Below, one piece after another: positions 49,373 to 58,612 of a stretch of 64,000 bases of DNA. Position 1 is the stretch's first letter; each line of letters starts with the position of its first letter. The notes beneath the pieces were generated by a model. It made no database searches, had not been told where the DNA came from, and saw only the letters and a program-made list of their open reading frames with translations. The translations under genes and the position numbers were made by a program. Source of the DNA: an uncultured virus (IMG/VR IMGVR_UViG_3300023105_001655) (lineage: Duplodnaviria; Heunggongvirae; Uroviricota; Caudoviricetes); the IMG/VR virus record IMGVR_UViG_3300023105_001655, one strand, 5' to 3'.

Positions 49373-50856
49373 TCTGGGTAAAACAAAAAGACAACGTTCA
49401 TGTTTATGTAGAAGCATCTGATAGTATCAGACGGGAGATATCAGACTTCTTTACATTTGAAGTACCTGGCGCCAAGTTTATGCCATCCTATAGAAACAAG
49501 TATTGGGATGGCAAAATTCGTTTGTACAATGTGAACAAGGCCGAACTCTATATTGGTTTGGTTCCCTATCTTATTAAGTTTGCCAAACAATTAGAGTATG
49601 AGATTCAGATCGATCTTGAACCATTCGGTGAAAAGATTTCTAAAGAAGAAGTATCCGAGTTTTGTAATGTCCTTAAACTTCACAGTCAAAAGAAACCTAT
49701 TCAGGCCAGAGACTACCAACAGTCTGCTATTCATGAGGCGATAAACTCTGGTAGGACTCTGTTGTTGTCGCCGACTGCATCTGGTAAGTCACTTATCATT
49801 TACTCGTTGATTAGATATCATCAAGCTCTGGGGCGCAAACAGTTGATCGTAGTACCCACCACCTCACTGGTAGAACAAATGTACGGTGACTTCCGAGACT
49901 ACTCAAGTAACAACGGGTTCAACGTGGCAAAACACTGTCACAGAATTTATGGCGGGAAAGAAAAATCCAACAACGCCGATGTAGTTATTTCTACATGGCA
50001 ATCTATATACAAATTTCCACAAGAATGGTTCAGTCAGTTTGATGTGGTCTACGGTGATGAGGCACACTTATTCAAAGCGAAGTCTTTGATGACACTCATG
50101 GACAAATGTAAAAACGCTCGTTTCCGAATAGGTACTACTGGTACGCTAGACGGCACAAAGACACACAAACTTGTCTTAGAGGGTGTGTTTGGGCCAGTAT
50201 TCAAGGTGACCTCAACCAAAAAATTGATGGACAAAAAGGAACTCGCAGAACTTAAAATCATCTGTATGATAATTGGATACCCAGATGAACAAAGAAAACT
50301 TGTATCCAAAATGTCTTATCAAGAGGAAATGGACTTCCTAGTATCTAACCCAGAACGCAATGACATCCTGGCGAAGCTGGCGACCTCTCAGAAGGGCAAT
50401 ACGTTGGTTTTATATCAGTATGTAGAGAAACACGGCGATGTCTTATACAAGATGATAAAAGGAATGACTGATAAATCGGTGTACTTTGTTTTCGGAGGCA
50501 CTGAGACGGAACAAAGGGAGAAGATTCGTGAGTTGACGGAACAATCAAAAGACACTATAATTGTAGCCTCATATGGTACATTTTCTACTGGTATAAATAT
50601 TAGAAACCTACACAATGTAGTGTTTGCCTCTCCAAGTAAAAGCAGGATTAGAAACTTGCAGTCTATTGGTAGGGGGTTGAGAAAGGGGAACGACAAGTCA
50701 AGTTGTAACTTGTTTGATGTTGGTGATGATTTATCATGGAAGTCAAAAAAGAACTATACTTTAAATCATGTCCTTGAAAGAATTAAATTATACAATGAAG
50801 AAAATTTTGAATACAAAGTTATAAGGATAGACTCTAATGGTAAAATGCAAACCTAG
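49369..50856 (+). CDS. uvsW: SF2 helicase UvsW
   Basis: WDGKIRL; RDYQ; SPTASGKSLI; DEAH; ASYGTFSTGINI; LQSIGRGLR; ATGA overlap with uvsY. Confidence 0.96.
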   Translation: MIWVKQKDNVHVYVEASDSIRREISDFFTFEVPGAKFMPSYRNKYWDGKIRLYNVNKAELYIGLVPYLIKFAKQLEYEIQIDLEPFGEKISKEEVSEFCNVLKLHSQKKPIQARDYQQSAIHEAINSGRTLLLSPTASGKSLIIYSLIRYHQALGRKQLIVVPTTSLVEQMYGDFRDYSSNNGFNVAKHCHRIYGGKEKSNNADVVISTWQSIYKFPQEWFSQFDVVYGDEAHLFKAKSLMTLMDKCKNARFRIGTTGTLDGTKTHKLVLEGVFGPVFKVTSTKKLMDKKELAELKIICMIIGYPDEQRKLVSKMSYQEEMDFLVSNPERNDILAKLATSQKGNTLVLYQYVEKHGDVLYKMIKGMTDKSVYFVFGGTETEQREKIRELTEQSKDTIIVASYGTFSTGINIRNLHNVVFASPSKSRIRNLQSIGRGLRKGNDKSSCNLFDVGDDLSWKSKKNYTLNHVLERIKLYNEENFEYKVIRIDSNGKMQT

Positions 50857-51241
50857 TATTATTTGTTTAGATAACGGCATGCAGCTTATTGCTGGTATTG
50901 TATCTGAATCAGAAACACATCTAGAAACAACCATACCTCTAGAAGTTACTAGAGTAAAAATTAACTCCACACATGAAGCTTTGTCTTTGCGCCCTTGGAT
51001 TGCTTTCACCGACTCCGAATTTTATTCTATTAAACAAGATAAAATTATTTCTATTTCGCCGCTCAGTCAGCATTATGAAGAGGGATTCTACAAGATGACC
51101 GAGGGGTATATGGAAGACAAAAAAGAAGGGTTGGATTTTATGGACGCCATGGACGACTTTGAACCAGAATTTGAAGACGGTTTGTCCATAGAAGAATTTA
51201 TGAATTCTTTAAAAGATAAAGGAAATGATCAAATTCATTAA
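50837..51241 (+). CDS. Hypothetical Sm-like protein between uvsW and gp55
   Basis: I.L.NG..LI...L.PW..F.....I....II pattern with acidic tail; conserved position. Confidence 0.6.
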   Translation: MVKCKPSIICLDNGMQLIAGIVSESETHLETTIPLEVTRVKINSTHEALSLRPWIAFTDSEFYSIKQDKIISISPLSQHYEEGFYKMTEGYMEDKKEGLDFMDAMDDFEPEFEDGLSIEEFMNSLKDKGNDQIH

Positions 51242-51270
51242 GGCTTAATATCCCTTAATGGCACATCCTA

Positions 51271-51299
51271 ATTATAATGATTTTTTGAGCACCTGTCAA
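51271..51299 (-). promoter_or_regulatory. Consensus sigma70 promoter facing leftward (antisense)
   Basis: Minus strand TTGACA (51299-51294), 17 nt, TATAAT (51276-51271). Confidence 0.75.
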
Positions 51300-51316
51300 G
51301 GGCTTTCAAAACACTA

Positions 51317-51345
51317 TTGACATTTATTATAAAATAAATTATACT
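51317..51345 (+). promoter_or_regulatory. Sigma70-type promoter of gp55
   Basis: TTGACA-N17-TATACT. Confidence 0.85.
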
Positions 51346-51375
51346 TGTGTTATAAAGTATTAAAGGACTTTTATT

Positions 51376-51966
51376 ATGAGCAAAAAAACTGAGAACAGAC
51401 ATTACGTCAACAACAAAGAGTTTTTGGCGGCAATGATAGAATACAGAGAACAAGTAAATGAAGCCGAAAAGAAAGGCGAACCTAAACCGAGAGTGTCAAA
51501 TTACATCGGTGAGTGTTTCGTTAAGATTGCAAATCACTTGGCTTACAAATCTAACTTTGTAAACTACACCTTCCGAGAAGAAATGATCCTTGATGGTATT
51601 GAAAATTGTATCACATATATTCATAACTTCGACCCAGAAAAATCCAAGAACCCCTTTGCGTATTTTACACAGATCACTTATTATGCTTTTCTTCGGCGTA
51701 TTCAAAAAGAAAAGAAACAACTAGATACAAAATATCGATACATTCAGAGTCTCGATTTGCATGGTATTCTAGATGAACTCGGAGAGGACGGTGGATCAAA
51801 TGAATTTCTTGAATATATGAAGAAACAAATTGAAGAGTCTGATAAGATGAACGAGAAATTTGCCGATCAATCTAAGAATGTTCCGAAACGCAGACCAAAA
51901 TACTTCAATGACAAGGAAGCAATGGACTTAGCTAAAGAAAAAATTAACGCTTTAAAAGACTCTTGA
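51376..51966 (+). CDS. gp55: Late transcription sigma factor gp55
   Basis: HYVNNKEFL; YIGECF.KIA.HL..K.NFVNY..REEMI.DGIENC..Y..NFDPEKS.NPFAYFTQI.YYAFLRRI.KEK. Confidence 0.97.
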   Translation: MSKKTENRHYVNNKEFLAAMIEYREQVNEAEKKGEPKPRVSNYIGECFVKIANHLAYKSNFVNYTFREEMILDGIENCITYIHNFDPEKSKNPFAYFTQITYYAFLRRIQKEKKQLDTKYRYIQSLDLHGILDELGEDGGSNEFLEYMKKQIEESDKMNEKFADQSKNVPKRRPKYFNDKEAMDLAKEKINALKDS

Positions 51967-51991
51967 CATCTGCTCTCAACATATGTATAAT
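51963..51991 (+). promoter_or_regulatory. Consensus sigma70 promoter driving the 52018 onward operon
   Basis: TTGACA-N17-TATAAT, perfect consensus. Confidence 0.9.
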
Positions 51992-52017
51992 GATACAAAT
52001 ACTAGGGGGTATATATT

Positions 52018-52560
52018 ATGAATGCATTTGGACTTGACCGCAACTACACTGTAGCTGCAAAACTTCACAACGACAAACACGTTGTGAAAATGAACATTGA
52101 ATATCCACAACTGTTGTCTACTGCACATCGTGTGTTAGATGGTACTATCTATCTTGGCAAAACTGCTAATGGTAGAAACATCAAGCGATGGAAACATCCA
52201 GATGATATGATGGAAAACACATTGTATAAAGCATCTCACATCAATCATCCTACTGCCATCTGGACAAGAACCACCGTGGCAAACTATATCTGGTTGTATG
52301 GGTTGTGGGAATCACTTGCAAAAGAATATACACATCGTTATGGTAAACAACATGCATGTTGGACAAAACTCGGTGATGTACTCAAGTCAGTACCAAGAAA
52401 TATTCCAGACGGGCCAATGACCGAGATACCACAAGCAATGCCAGATGATGTAAAATGTGATGACTTTGTTGAAGCATATCAAGCTTACTATCGCAAATAC
52501 AAAGCACACTTCTCTAAGTGGACTAATAGACCTATTCCACAATTCATGACTGCTGTATGA
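52018..52560 (+). CDS. Pyrimidine dimer DNA glycosylase-like (DenV-related) protein
   Basis: H.DKHVVKM..E..QLLSTAHR; YK..H.NHP...W; EYT.RYGK.H; PQAMPD; AY..YY...K....W..R..P. Confidence 0.8.
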   Translation: MNAFGLDRNYTVAAKLHNDKHVVKMNIEYPQLLSTAHRVLDGTIYLGKTANGRNIKRWKHPDDMMENTLYKASHINHPTAIWTRTTVANYIWLYGLWESLAKEYTHRYGKQHACWTKLGDVLKSVPRNIPDGPMTEIPQAMPDDVKCDDFVEAYQAYYRKYKAHFSKWTNRPIPQFMTAV

Positions 52561-53669
52561 TTCTATCCAAAGAAGACTCGCTGTATGCGAGCAAGCTAAT
52601 TATTGATTATTTTTCCAAGTTTGGAAGGATAGACGATTACTTTCGTGCAAGAAAAATTGAACGGGTGAAGGCTTTGCCTCCGCCCCTGTTTGGTATGAGT
52701 GTTGAAGACGATATGTTTCAGTTATGGGACACACCGCCTGAGGACTTGGACTTTGAAGTTGTTCAAATGAACAATGAAATCTTTGATCAGATGTTGGAGA
52801 TGACCGCTTCGTTTTCCCCCGATGAGGCGCCAGGTAAAACTCTTAAACTGATTGTCAAAGAAACAAACACCAATAAAGCCGTTGGGTTTATTAAGATGGG
52901 TTCCCCCCTCATCAACTCAAAACCCAGAAACGACTACCTCGGCGGTGTTCCCGATCTGGGAATTTTCAACCAACGTGCAATCATGGGGTTCAACATTGTG
53001 CCCGTTCAACCTTTTGGTTTCAACTATCTTGGGGGTAAACTCATGGCTGCAATCTGTTGTTCCCATGATGTTCGCAGGATGTTGAACAAGAAGTATGACA
53101 CGGAGTTTTGTTTGTTTGAGACGACATCTCTTTATGGCAACATAAAGGGTGCATCTATGTATGATGGTATGCGCCCTTATCTAAGATACAAGGGTGACAC
53201 CATGTCATCATTTTTGTTGACTATGGGTGAAGATATATACTTTCACCTAAGAGATTGGTTTGAGGAAAGAAACGGCGGAGAACCTTTGATTCACAAGGGT
53301 GCATCTAGTCGCAAACTAAAGTATCAAACCAAGATGGTTGGGATTGTTAAGGCATCTCTCAAGGAACATGATGCCGAAGAGTACAAAAGATTTACCGACA
53401 CTATCAAATCATCCACTGATGTAACAACAAACAAACGGTTTTACATGTCAGAGTATGGATACTCCAACGTGAAAGATGTGTTACTTGGAAAAACAGACAC
53501 ATTGACAAAGGCAGAAAACTTTGATAGATTTGAACTGCCAGAAATTATTAAGTGGTGGAAGAAACTGGCCACCAAGAGATACAACAACCTCCATTCTGAT
53601 GGTAGAATAAGAAAAGAGTTGGAGGTATGGAACCGTGACACGATTGATAAGATAGATATTATACGATGA
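52557..53669 (+). CDS. DUF4338 / Druantia DruA-like protein (GNAT/Mom-related fold by inference)
   Basis: PG+.L...V.E......GFI..GSP......R; VP.QPFG.N.LGGKL.A....S..V; TTSLYG....YD motifs recalled for DruA/DUF4338. Confidence 0.6.
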   Translation: MILSKEDSLYASKLIIDYFSKFGRIDDYFRARKIERVKALPPPLFGMSVEDDMFQLWDTPPEDLDFEVVQMNNEIFDQMLEMTASFSPDEAPGKTLKLIVKETNTNKAVGFIKMGSPLINSKPRNDYLGGVPDLGIFNQRAIMGFNIVPVQPFGFNYLGGKLMAAICCSHDVRRMLNKKYDTEFCLFETTSLYGNIKGASMYDGMRPYLRYKGDTMSSFLLTMGEDIYFHLRDWFEERNGGEPLIHKGASSRKLKYQTKMVGIVKASLKEHDAEEYKRFTDTIKSSTDVTTNKRFYMSEYGYSNVKDVLLGKTDTLTKAENFDRFELPEIIKWWKKLATKRYNNLHSDGRIRKELEVWNRDTIDKIDIIR

Positions 53670-54061
53670 TAGTTGGATTTACTTGTGGTGCATTTGATTT
53701 GTTGCACGCTGGACATGTTGTGATGCTGGAAGAGGCATCAAGCAAATGTGATTACTTGATTGTTGGTTTGCAGATTGACCCCAGCTTAGACAGAAAAGGT
53801 AAGAACTCGCCGGTGCAGTCTGTATACGAACGATTTATACAACTGGACGGGTTGAAGTATGTGGATGAAATTATTCCGTACTCAAGTGAGACATGCCTGA
53901 TGGATATTCTTGTCACTAAAAAAATTGATGTACGGTTTGTCGGTGAAGATTATAGGGACAAAAGATTTACTGGTGACGAATTAAACATACCTGTTGTATT
54001 CACCAATAGGAAACACTCTTTTTCTTCCACTAGTTTGCGAGACCGAGTGAAGTTATCATGA
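53666..54061 (+). CDS. Cytidylyltransferase (TagD/glycerol-3-phosphate cytidylyltransferase-like)
   Basis: GFT.GAFDLLHAGH (HxGH), CDYLIVGL, ER...L....YVDEI, G.DY, R.H.FSST.LR. Confidence 0.88.
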   Translation: MIVGFTCGAFDLLHAGHVVMLEEASSKCDYLIVGLQIDPSLDRKGKNSPVQSVYERFIQLDGLKYVDEIIPYSSETCLMDILVTKKIDVRFVGEDYRDKRFTGDELNIPVVFTNRKHSFSSTSLRDRVKLS

Positions 54062-55044
54062 AAATTGCTTGTGCCAGATTGCGATCTAATGTAAAGTACA
54101 ATGGCCCACTGGAAACTGTGTTGGATAGTTTCTTGGAGAACTATGTACAGTGGATGAGAAATAATCCACAACATGAGTATGGCACATACAATATTTCTTT
54201 TGACCATACTCGACCAGTCCGTACACCAGAGTCTATTGAGTGGGCAGATGTAATTGTAATTCCTAGTGATAGTGAGTTTAGATATCATGGTGAGTTACAA
54301 ATGAACCCCAAAGACTTGGCAAAGTCTCAGTCCCATATTGAAAAGATTGCACCTTTCTTTGATGGTAAAACAGTGATCATTTGGAGAAGTGACAGAGGTG
54401 ACACCGAAGAACTTTATAGGAGTTTTCTGCCAAACGTCAAAAAATTTGTTGTCATAGATGAAATTGATTTTCCAGGCAACATCCACGGAATGAAGTATCA
54501 TTTTATTCGTGATAGATTTGAAAATGCAATATCTGAAATGTTTGGACGAACACATAACCACGACTTTGGTTATTGGGGTCGAATGAAAGACGGGTGTGAT
54601 CGTGGCAAAGTATTGCGAAAGATTTACAGAGACCCAGACATCTCTACTGTTTTGATAGGTGGGTTTCCCTCTGGAATGAAAAGACAGTCTGCGTGGATTA
54701 AAAATTGGAATCAGTTGTACCCAAAACTAGAACCATGCCGATCAACACTTTGTTTCAACTGGAAAGACCCTACCGCCACTACTTCAAGGTATGTTGAGGC
54801 CCTGGCGATTGGTATGATTCCTTTTGTTTACCAGAACTATGATGAGAATAATACATATAATATTGATGACTGGCAAAGGGTGCAGGACTTTGAAGATTTT
54901 AGAGAAAAGGTTATCGAACTAAAGAACCCGTCTGTTATGGCAGATAAACTTTCTGAATACAGAAGAAACTATGAGAGTGTGCTACTATCAAAGGGTGGAT
55001 ACTATGACATGTTTGCACACATGATGAATAAGGCTATTGCATGA
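54058..55044 (+). CDS. GT-B glycosyltransferase resembling T4 DNA beta-glucosyltransferase
   Basis: MKIA...NV start; DFGYWGRMK.G..R.K (cf. BGT DVIYGGSFRSGQRESK); TSRYVEALA...F....YD (cf. TLRVWETMA...FD); V.....EKVIELK (cf. V.....DRVNELK). Comparison is from memory. Confidence 0.62.
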   Translation: MKIACARLRSNVKYNGPLETVLDSFLENYVQWMRNNPQHEYGTYNISFDHTRPVRTPESIEWADVIVIPSDSEFRYHGELQMNPKDLAKSQSHIEKIAPFFDGKTVIIWRSDRGDTEELYRSFLPNVKKFVVIDEIDFPGNIHGMKYHFIRDRFENAISEMFGRTHNHDFGYWGRMKDGCDRGKVLRKIYRDPDISTVLIGGFPSGMKRQSAWIKNWNQLYPKLEPCRSTLCFNWKDPTATTSRYVEALAIGMIPFVYQNYDENNTYNIDDWQRVQDFEDFREKVIELKNPSVMADKLSEYRRNYESVLLSKGGYYDMFAHMMNKAIA

Positions 55045-56093
55045 AGGTTGCACTAATTACTGATACGCACTTTGGTGCTAGATCAGACAGTCTTGCGTTT
55101 GATGCGTATTTTAAGAAATTCTATGATGAGTATTTTTTTCCATATTTACAAGAAAACAATATAGATACTATTGTACATTTGGGTGATGCGTTTGATAGAA
55201 GGAAGTTTGTAAACTTCAACACACTCAAATCATGCAAGGAGTATTTTTTTGGGCAGGCACAACGCCTTGGTATGACTTTGCACATGATTCCAGGCAATCA
55301 TGACACATATTATAAAAATACCAATGACGTAAACTCTTTGGAATTGTTGTTGAAGGAGTATGACAATATCCATGTCTACCCAGAAGTTACGGAGATAACG
55401 TTAGATGAAAGAAAAATTTTATTCGTCCCTTGGATATGTAGTGACAATTATACAACTACAATGGATGCTGTTAAGTCAACGGATGCCAAAGTATGTTTTG
55501 GGCATTTTGAGTTTACTGGGTTCCAAATGTACAAAGGTGTACCAAACCCTCACGGAATGGATACTGATGCCTTTGATCATTTTGATTTGGTTTGCAGCGG
55601 GCATTTCCATCATCGTTCTTCTAGGGATAACATTACTTATCTTGGCAATCCTTATGAGATTACATGGTCTGATTTCGATGATGACAGAGGATTTCACATC
55701 TACGATACGGAATCGAACGAACTGGATTTTATCAAAAATCCCTACAGAATGTTTCACAAACTCTTCTATAACGATATGGACGGAGACAGCTCTTTTGATC
55801 TTTCTGGTCTTGTCGGCTCTTGCGTTAAGCTTATTGTGGTAAAGAAAGAGAACTTCCTAAAGTTTGACAAACTAGTTGATTCTTTGTATACTTGCAACTG
55901 TGTAGAATTAAAAATCGTAGAAGACTTCTCTGAGTTTGAAGATGATGCGGTTGGCGATGATGTAGAACTTGCTATAGATGATACAATGACATTACTTAGG
56001 GACTACATTAGCAATACTGTTACCGACTTGGACAGAGAAAAACTTACATCGGTTGTGCAAACACTCTATGTTGAAGCACAACATATGGAATAG
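55041..56093 (+). CDS. gp47: Recombination endonuclease gp47 (Mre11/SbcD-like)
   Basis: ITDTHFGAR; HLGDAFDRRK; GNHD.YYKNT; GHFE; SGHFH; YLGNPYE..W.D. Confidence 0.96.
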   Translation: MKVALITDTHFGARSDSLAFDAYFKKFYDEYFFPYLQENNIDTIVHLGDAFDRRKFVNFNTLKSCKEYFFGQAQRLGMTLHMIPGNHDTYYKNTNDVNSLELLLKEYDNIHVYPEVTEITLDERKILFVPWICSDNYTTTMDAVKSTDAKVCFGHFEFTGFQMYKGVPNPHGMDTDAFDHFDLVCSGHFHHRSSRDNITYLGNPYEITWSDFDDDRGFHIYDTESNELDFIKNPYRMFHKLFYNDMDGDSSFDLSGLVGSCVKLIVVKKENFLKFDKLVDSLYTCNCVELKIVEDFSEFEDDAVGDDVELAIDDTMTLLRDYISNTVTDLDREKLTSVVQTLYVEAQHME

Positions 56094-56096
56094 ACA

Positions 56097-56945
56097 ATGA
56101 AAATTCAGTATGTAAAAATTCCAAACAAATCCCCAGAACAAAAATACTTTGTTGCTGGTGGATGTTCATTTACTTCAAACATGTTAAACGTTTCATGGCC
56201 AGAGTCCGTGTGTTCAAAGATGAACATGGTAGGAATGAACACTGGGATACCGGCGATAGGCAACAATCTAATATTGATGAATGTTCTCCATGTTCTTCAA
56301 CGTATGATAGAGTCTGGCATTGGTGCGGATGAAATTGTTGTAGGAGTCATGTGGTCTCATGCAGACAGAGCAGAATATTACAGAGAAGATCATAGAGATG
56401 ATATTTTGCCACAAGGAAAAGCAGTTCCTTCTGTAGTAAAATTTGTAGAGGGATCAGACGGACACTGGGTTCCCTTTTCTCCCACAAATGTTGGGTGGAT
56501 ATCACAAAACCTAGATGATCCAAATTCAAATTTATACCCAGAATATACAAGAAGGTATGTCGATCTTGGCCGTATTATGTTGGAGGAGTTTTTTCTTACC
56601 GATGTTTCTCGTGTTGTTAATACCATGAAAAGTATTTTGACCCTCCAAGAATTCTTAAAGAGAAATAACATCAAGTACTTTTTTGCAAAATACATTGATG
56701 ATGCCTTTGTTAAAAGTTCTTGGGAACATCCAGAAGTAAATTGGTTAGTAAAACTTATTGATTGGGATTCTTTCATACCGAGTGGTGAGTTTGAATGGTG
56801 TTTTGATAACACCGATTTACCTTTTAAGGAACAACTTGCCTTTGGTAGAGAAAGAGATAGAAATTCTCCCTCACACCCCACCCCAGAACAACATGACATA
56901 TATGCTGAACAAGTAATTGTTCCCCGACTAAAGACTATTTTATGA
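56097..56945 (+). CDS. SGNH/GDSL hydrolase-like hypothetical protein
   Basis: GGCSFT (block I Ser), SWP...N.G...GN..I, V.VMWS..DR, C-terminal HPT..QH...A. Confidence 0.55.
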   Translation: MKIQYVKIPNKSPEQKYFVAGGCSFTSNMLNVSWPESVCSKMNMVGMNTGIPAIGNNLILMNVLHVLQRMIESGIGADEIVVGVMWSHADRAEYYREDHRDDILPQGKAVPSVVKFVEGSDGHWVPFSPTNVGWISQNLDDPNSNLYPEYTRRYVDLGRIMLEEFFLTDVSRVVNTMKSILTLQEFLKRNNIKYFFAKYIDDAFVKSSWEHPEVNWLVKLIDWDSFIPSGEFEWCFDNTDLPFKEQLAFGRERDRNSPSHPTPEQHDIYAEQVIVPRLKTIL

Positions 56946-58612
56946 TTATATTTCAAAAATTGCGGTGGAAAAACTTTCTTTCCACTGGCAATAATTTTAC
57001 TGAGATAGATTTTACCCGCAACCCCACGACACTTATTGTGGGTGAGAACGGCAGTGGTAAGTCTACCTGTCTTGATGCTTTGTGTTTTGTATTATTCAAC
57101 AAACCATTTAGAAGTATTAACAAGCCACAACTTGTAAACTCAATTAACAGTAAAAAGATGTTGGTTGAAATTGAATTCTCTGTTGGAAAAAAACAGTATA
57201 AAGTAATTCGTGGAATGAAACCAAATGTCTTTGAGATATACTGCAACGATAAGTTTCTAGACCAAGATGCGGCACTCAGAGACACCCAAAAGTATCTTGA
57301 AGAAAGTATTCTCAAGTTAAACTACAAGTCATTTACTCAGATTGTTATTTTGGGTAGTGCCTCTTTCACCCCCTTCATGCAGCTGCCTCTTGCATCTAGA
57401 CGAGAGATCATTGAAGACATTCTCGACATACAAATTTTTACTACTATGAATGTTTTGTTAAAAGAAAAGATGAACATTCTAAAAGAAGATATTCGCACAA
57501 TAGAATCTGAAGTAGAACTTGCTAAACACAAAACCAAAGTTCAGAAAAATTATATTGATACTTTGGAGAAAGATAAAGCAACCAAGATTGACAATATTAA
57601 GGAGTCTATAAATGAGACGACAACATCAATTGAGAATAATGAACAACAACTTCAGAAATATGAGGCTGAGAAGTCAGACTTGGGTGAACCTGAGAAACGA
57701 AAAAGAGAACTCGATTCCTTCAGAGAAAAATTCTCAACCAATATTAAAAGAGCAGAAAAAGAGTTAAAGTTTTACGAAGAGAACAGTGATTGTCCTACAT
57801 GTAAACAGGAGATTTGCGAAGACTTCAAACATGATATGTCAAATACTAAATCAGAAGAAATATCTTCTCTGGAAAAATCTTTAAAGGGATTGGAGAAGGA
57901 ATATGATGATGTTGCTAGTACATTATTGAAGTGGCAAAATATATCCGATAAAATATCTTCTGTACAATCTGACATCATCGGACAAGAAAGATACAAACAA
58001 AAATTAAAAGATATGTTATCTGATGCGGAAACAAATTCTACTGATATTAGTGACGAAAAAAAGAAACTAAGAGTGATGGCTAAGGAAGTTATATCCAAGA
58101 ATGAGTTGCGTTCTGCCAAGAATGAAGAACAACATTATAATTTGGCTGTTTCACATCTATTGAAAGACACTGGTATTAAAACTAGAATTATCAAACAGTA
58201 CTTACCGGCTATCAATAAACTGGTTAATAAGTATTTGCAGTCGATGGATTTCTTTGTACACTTTGAACTTGATGAGAAGTTTAATGAGACAATCAAATCT
58301 AGACACCGAGATAAATTTAGTTACGCATCCTTCAGCGAGGGTGAGAAACAACGTATTGACTTGGCTCTTTTGTTCACATGGAGAACAATTGCCAAGATGA
58401 AGAACAGTGCTAGTACAAACTTGTTGATACTGGATGAAGTGTTTGACAGTTCTTTGGATAATAATGGTACAGACTATGTTATGCAACTACTAAATACTAT
58501 CGGTGATCAAGCAAATGTATTTGTTATCAGCCACAAGGGTGATCAACTGTTTGATAAATTTAGAAGTCAGATTAAATTTGAAAAGAAACAAAACTATTCG
58601 GTGATGTCATGA
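56942..58612 (+). CDS. gp46: Recombination ATPase gp46 (Rad50/SbcC-like)
   Basis: KNFLSTGN; Walker A GENGSGKST; zinc hook CPTC; signature FSEGEK; LILDEVFDSSLD; VISH. Confidence 0.97.
   Translation: MIIFQKLRWKNFLSTGNNFTEIDFTRNPTTLIVGENGSGKSTCLDALCFVLFNKPFRSINKPQLVNSINSKKMLVEIEFSVGKKQYKVIRGMKPNVFEIYCNDKFLDQDAALRDTQKYLEESILKLNYKSFTQIVILGSASFTPFMQLPLASRREIIEDILDIQIFTTMNVLLKEKMNILKEDIRTIESEVELAKHKTKVQKNYIDTLEKDKATKIDNIKESINETTTSIENNEQQLQKYEAEKSDLGEPEKRKRELDSFREKFSTNIKRAEKELKFYEENSDCPTCKQEICEDFKHDMSNTKSEEISSLEKSLKGLEKEYDDVASTLLKWQNISDKISSVQSDIIGQERYKQKLKDMLSDAETNSTDISDEKKKLRVMAKEVISKNELRSAKNEEQHYNLAVSHLLKDTGIKTRIIKQYLPAINKLVNKYLQSMDFFVHFELDEKFNETIKSRHRDKFSYASFSEGEKQRIDLALLFTWRTIAKMKNSASTNLLILDEVFDSSLDNNGTDYVMQLLNTIGDQANVFVISHKGDQLFDKFRSQIKFEKKQNYSVMS

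Noticed and set aside
50592..50599. TATAAATA inside uvsW (also 13747-13754 inside gp8)
   Set aside because: The uvsW copy falls in the conserved GINI codons and may be incidental. The gp8 copy could serve the DUF4815 gene but cannot be told from chance in AT-rich DNA.
37898..50856. Inteins, group I introns or homing endonucleases in terminase, portal, capsid or uvsW
   Set aside because: All are uninterrupted and of normal length; no LAGLIDADG, HNH or GIY-YIG motifs seen.
53666..54061. TagD as evidence of teichoic acid synthesis or a Gram-positive host
   Set aside because: No tagB/tagF-like polymerase; the isc genes indicate a proteobacterial host; the context is DNA metabolism.
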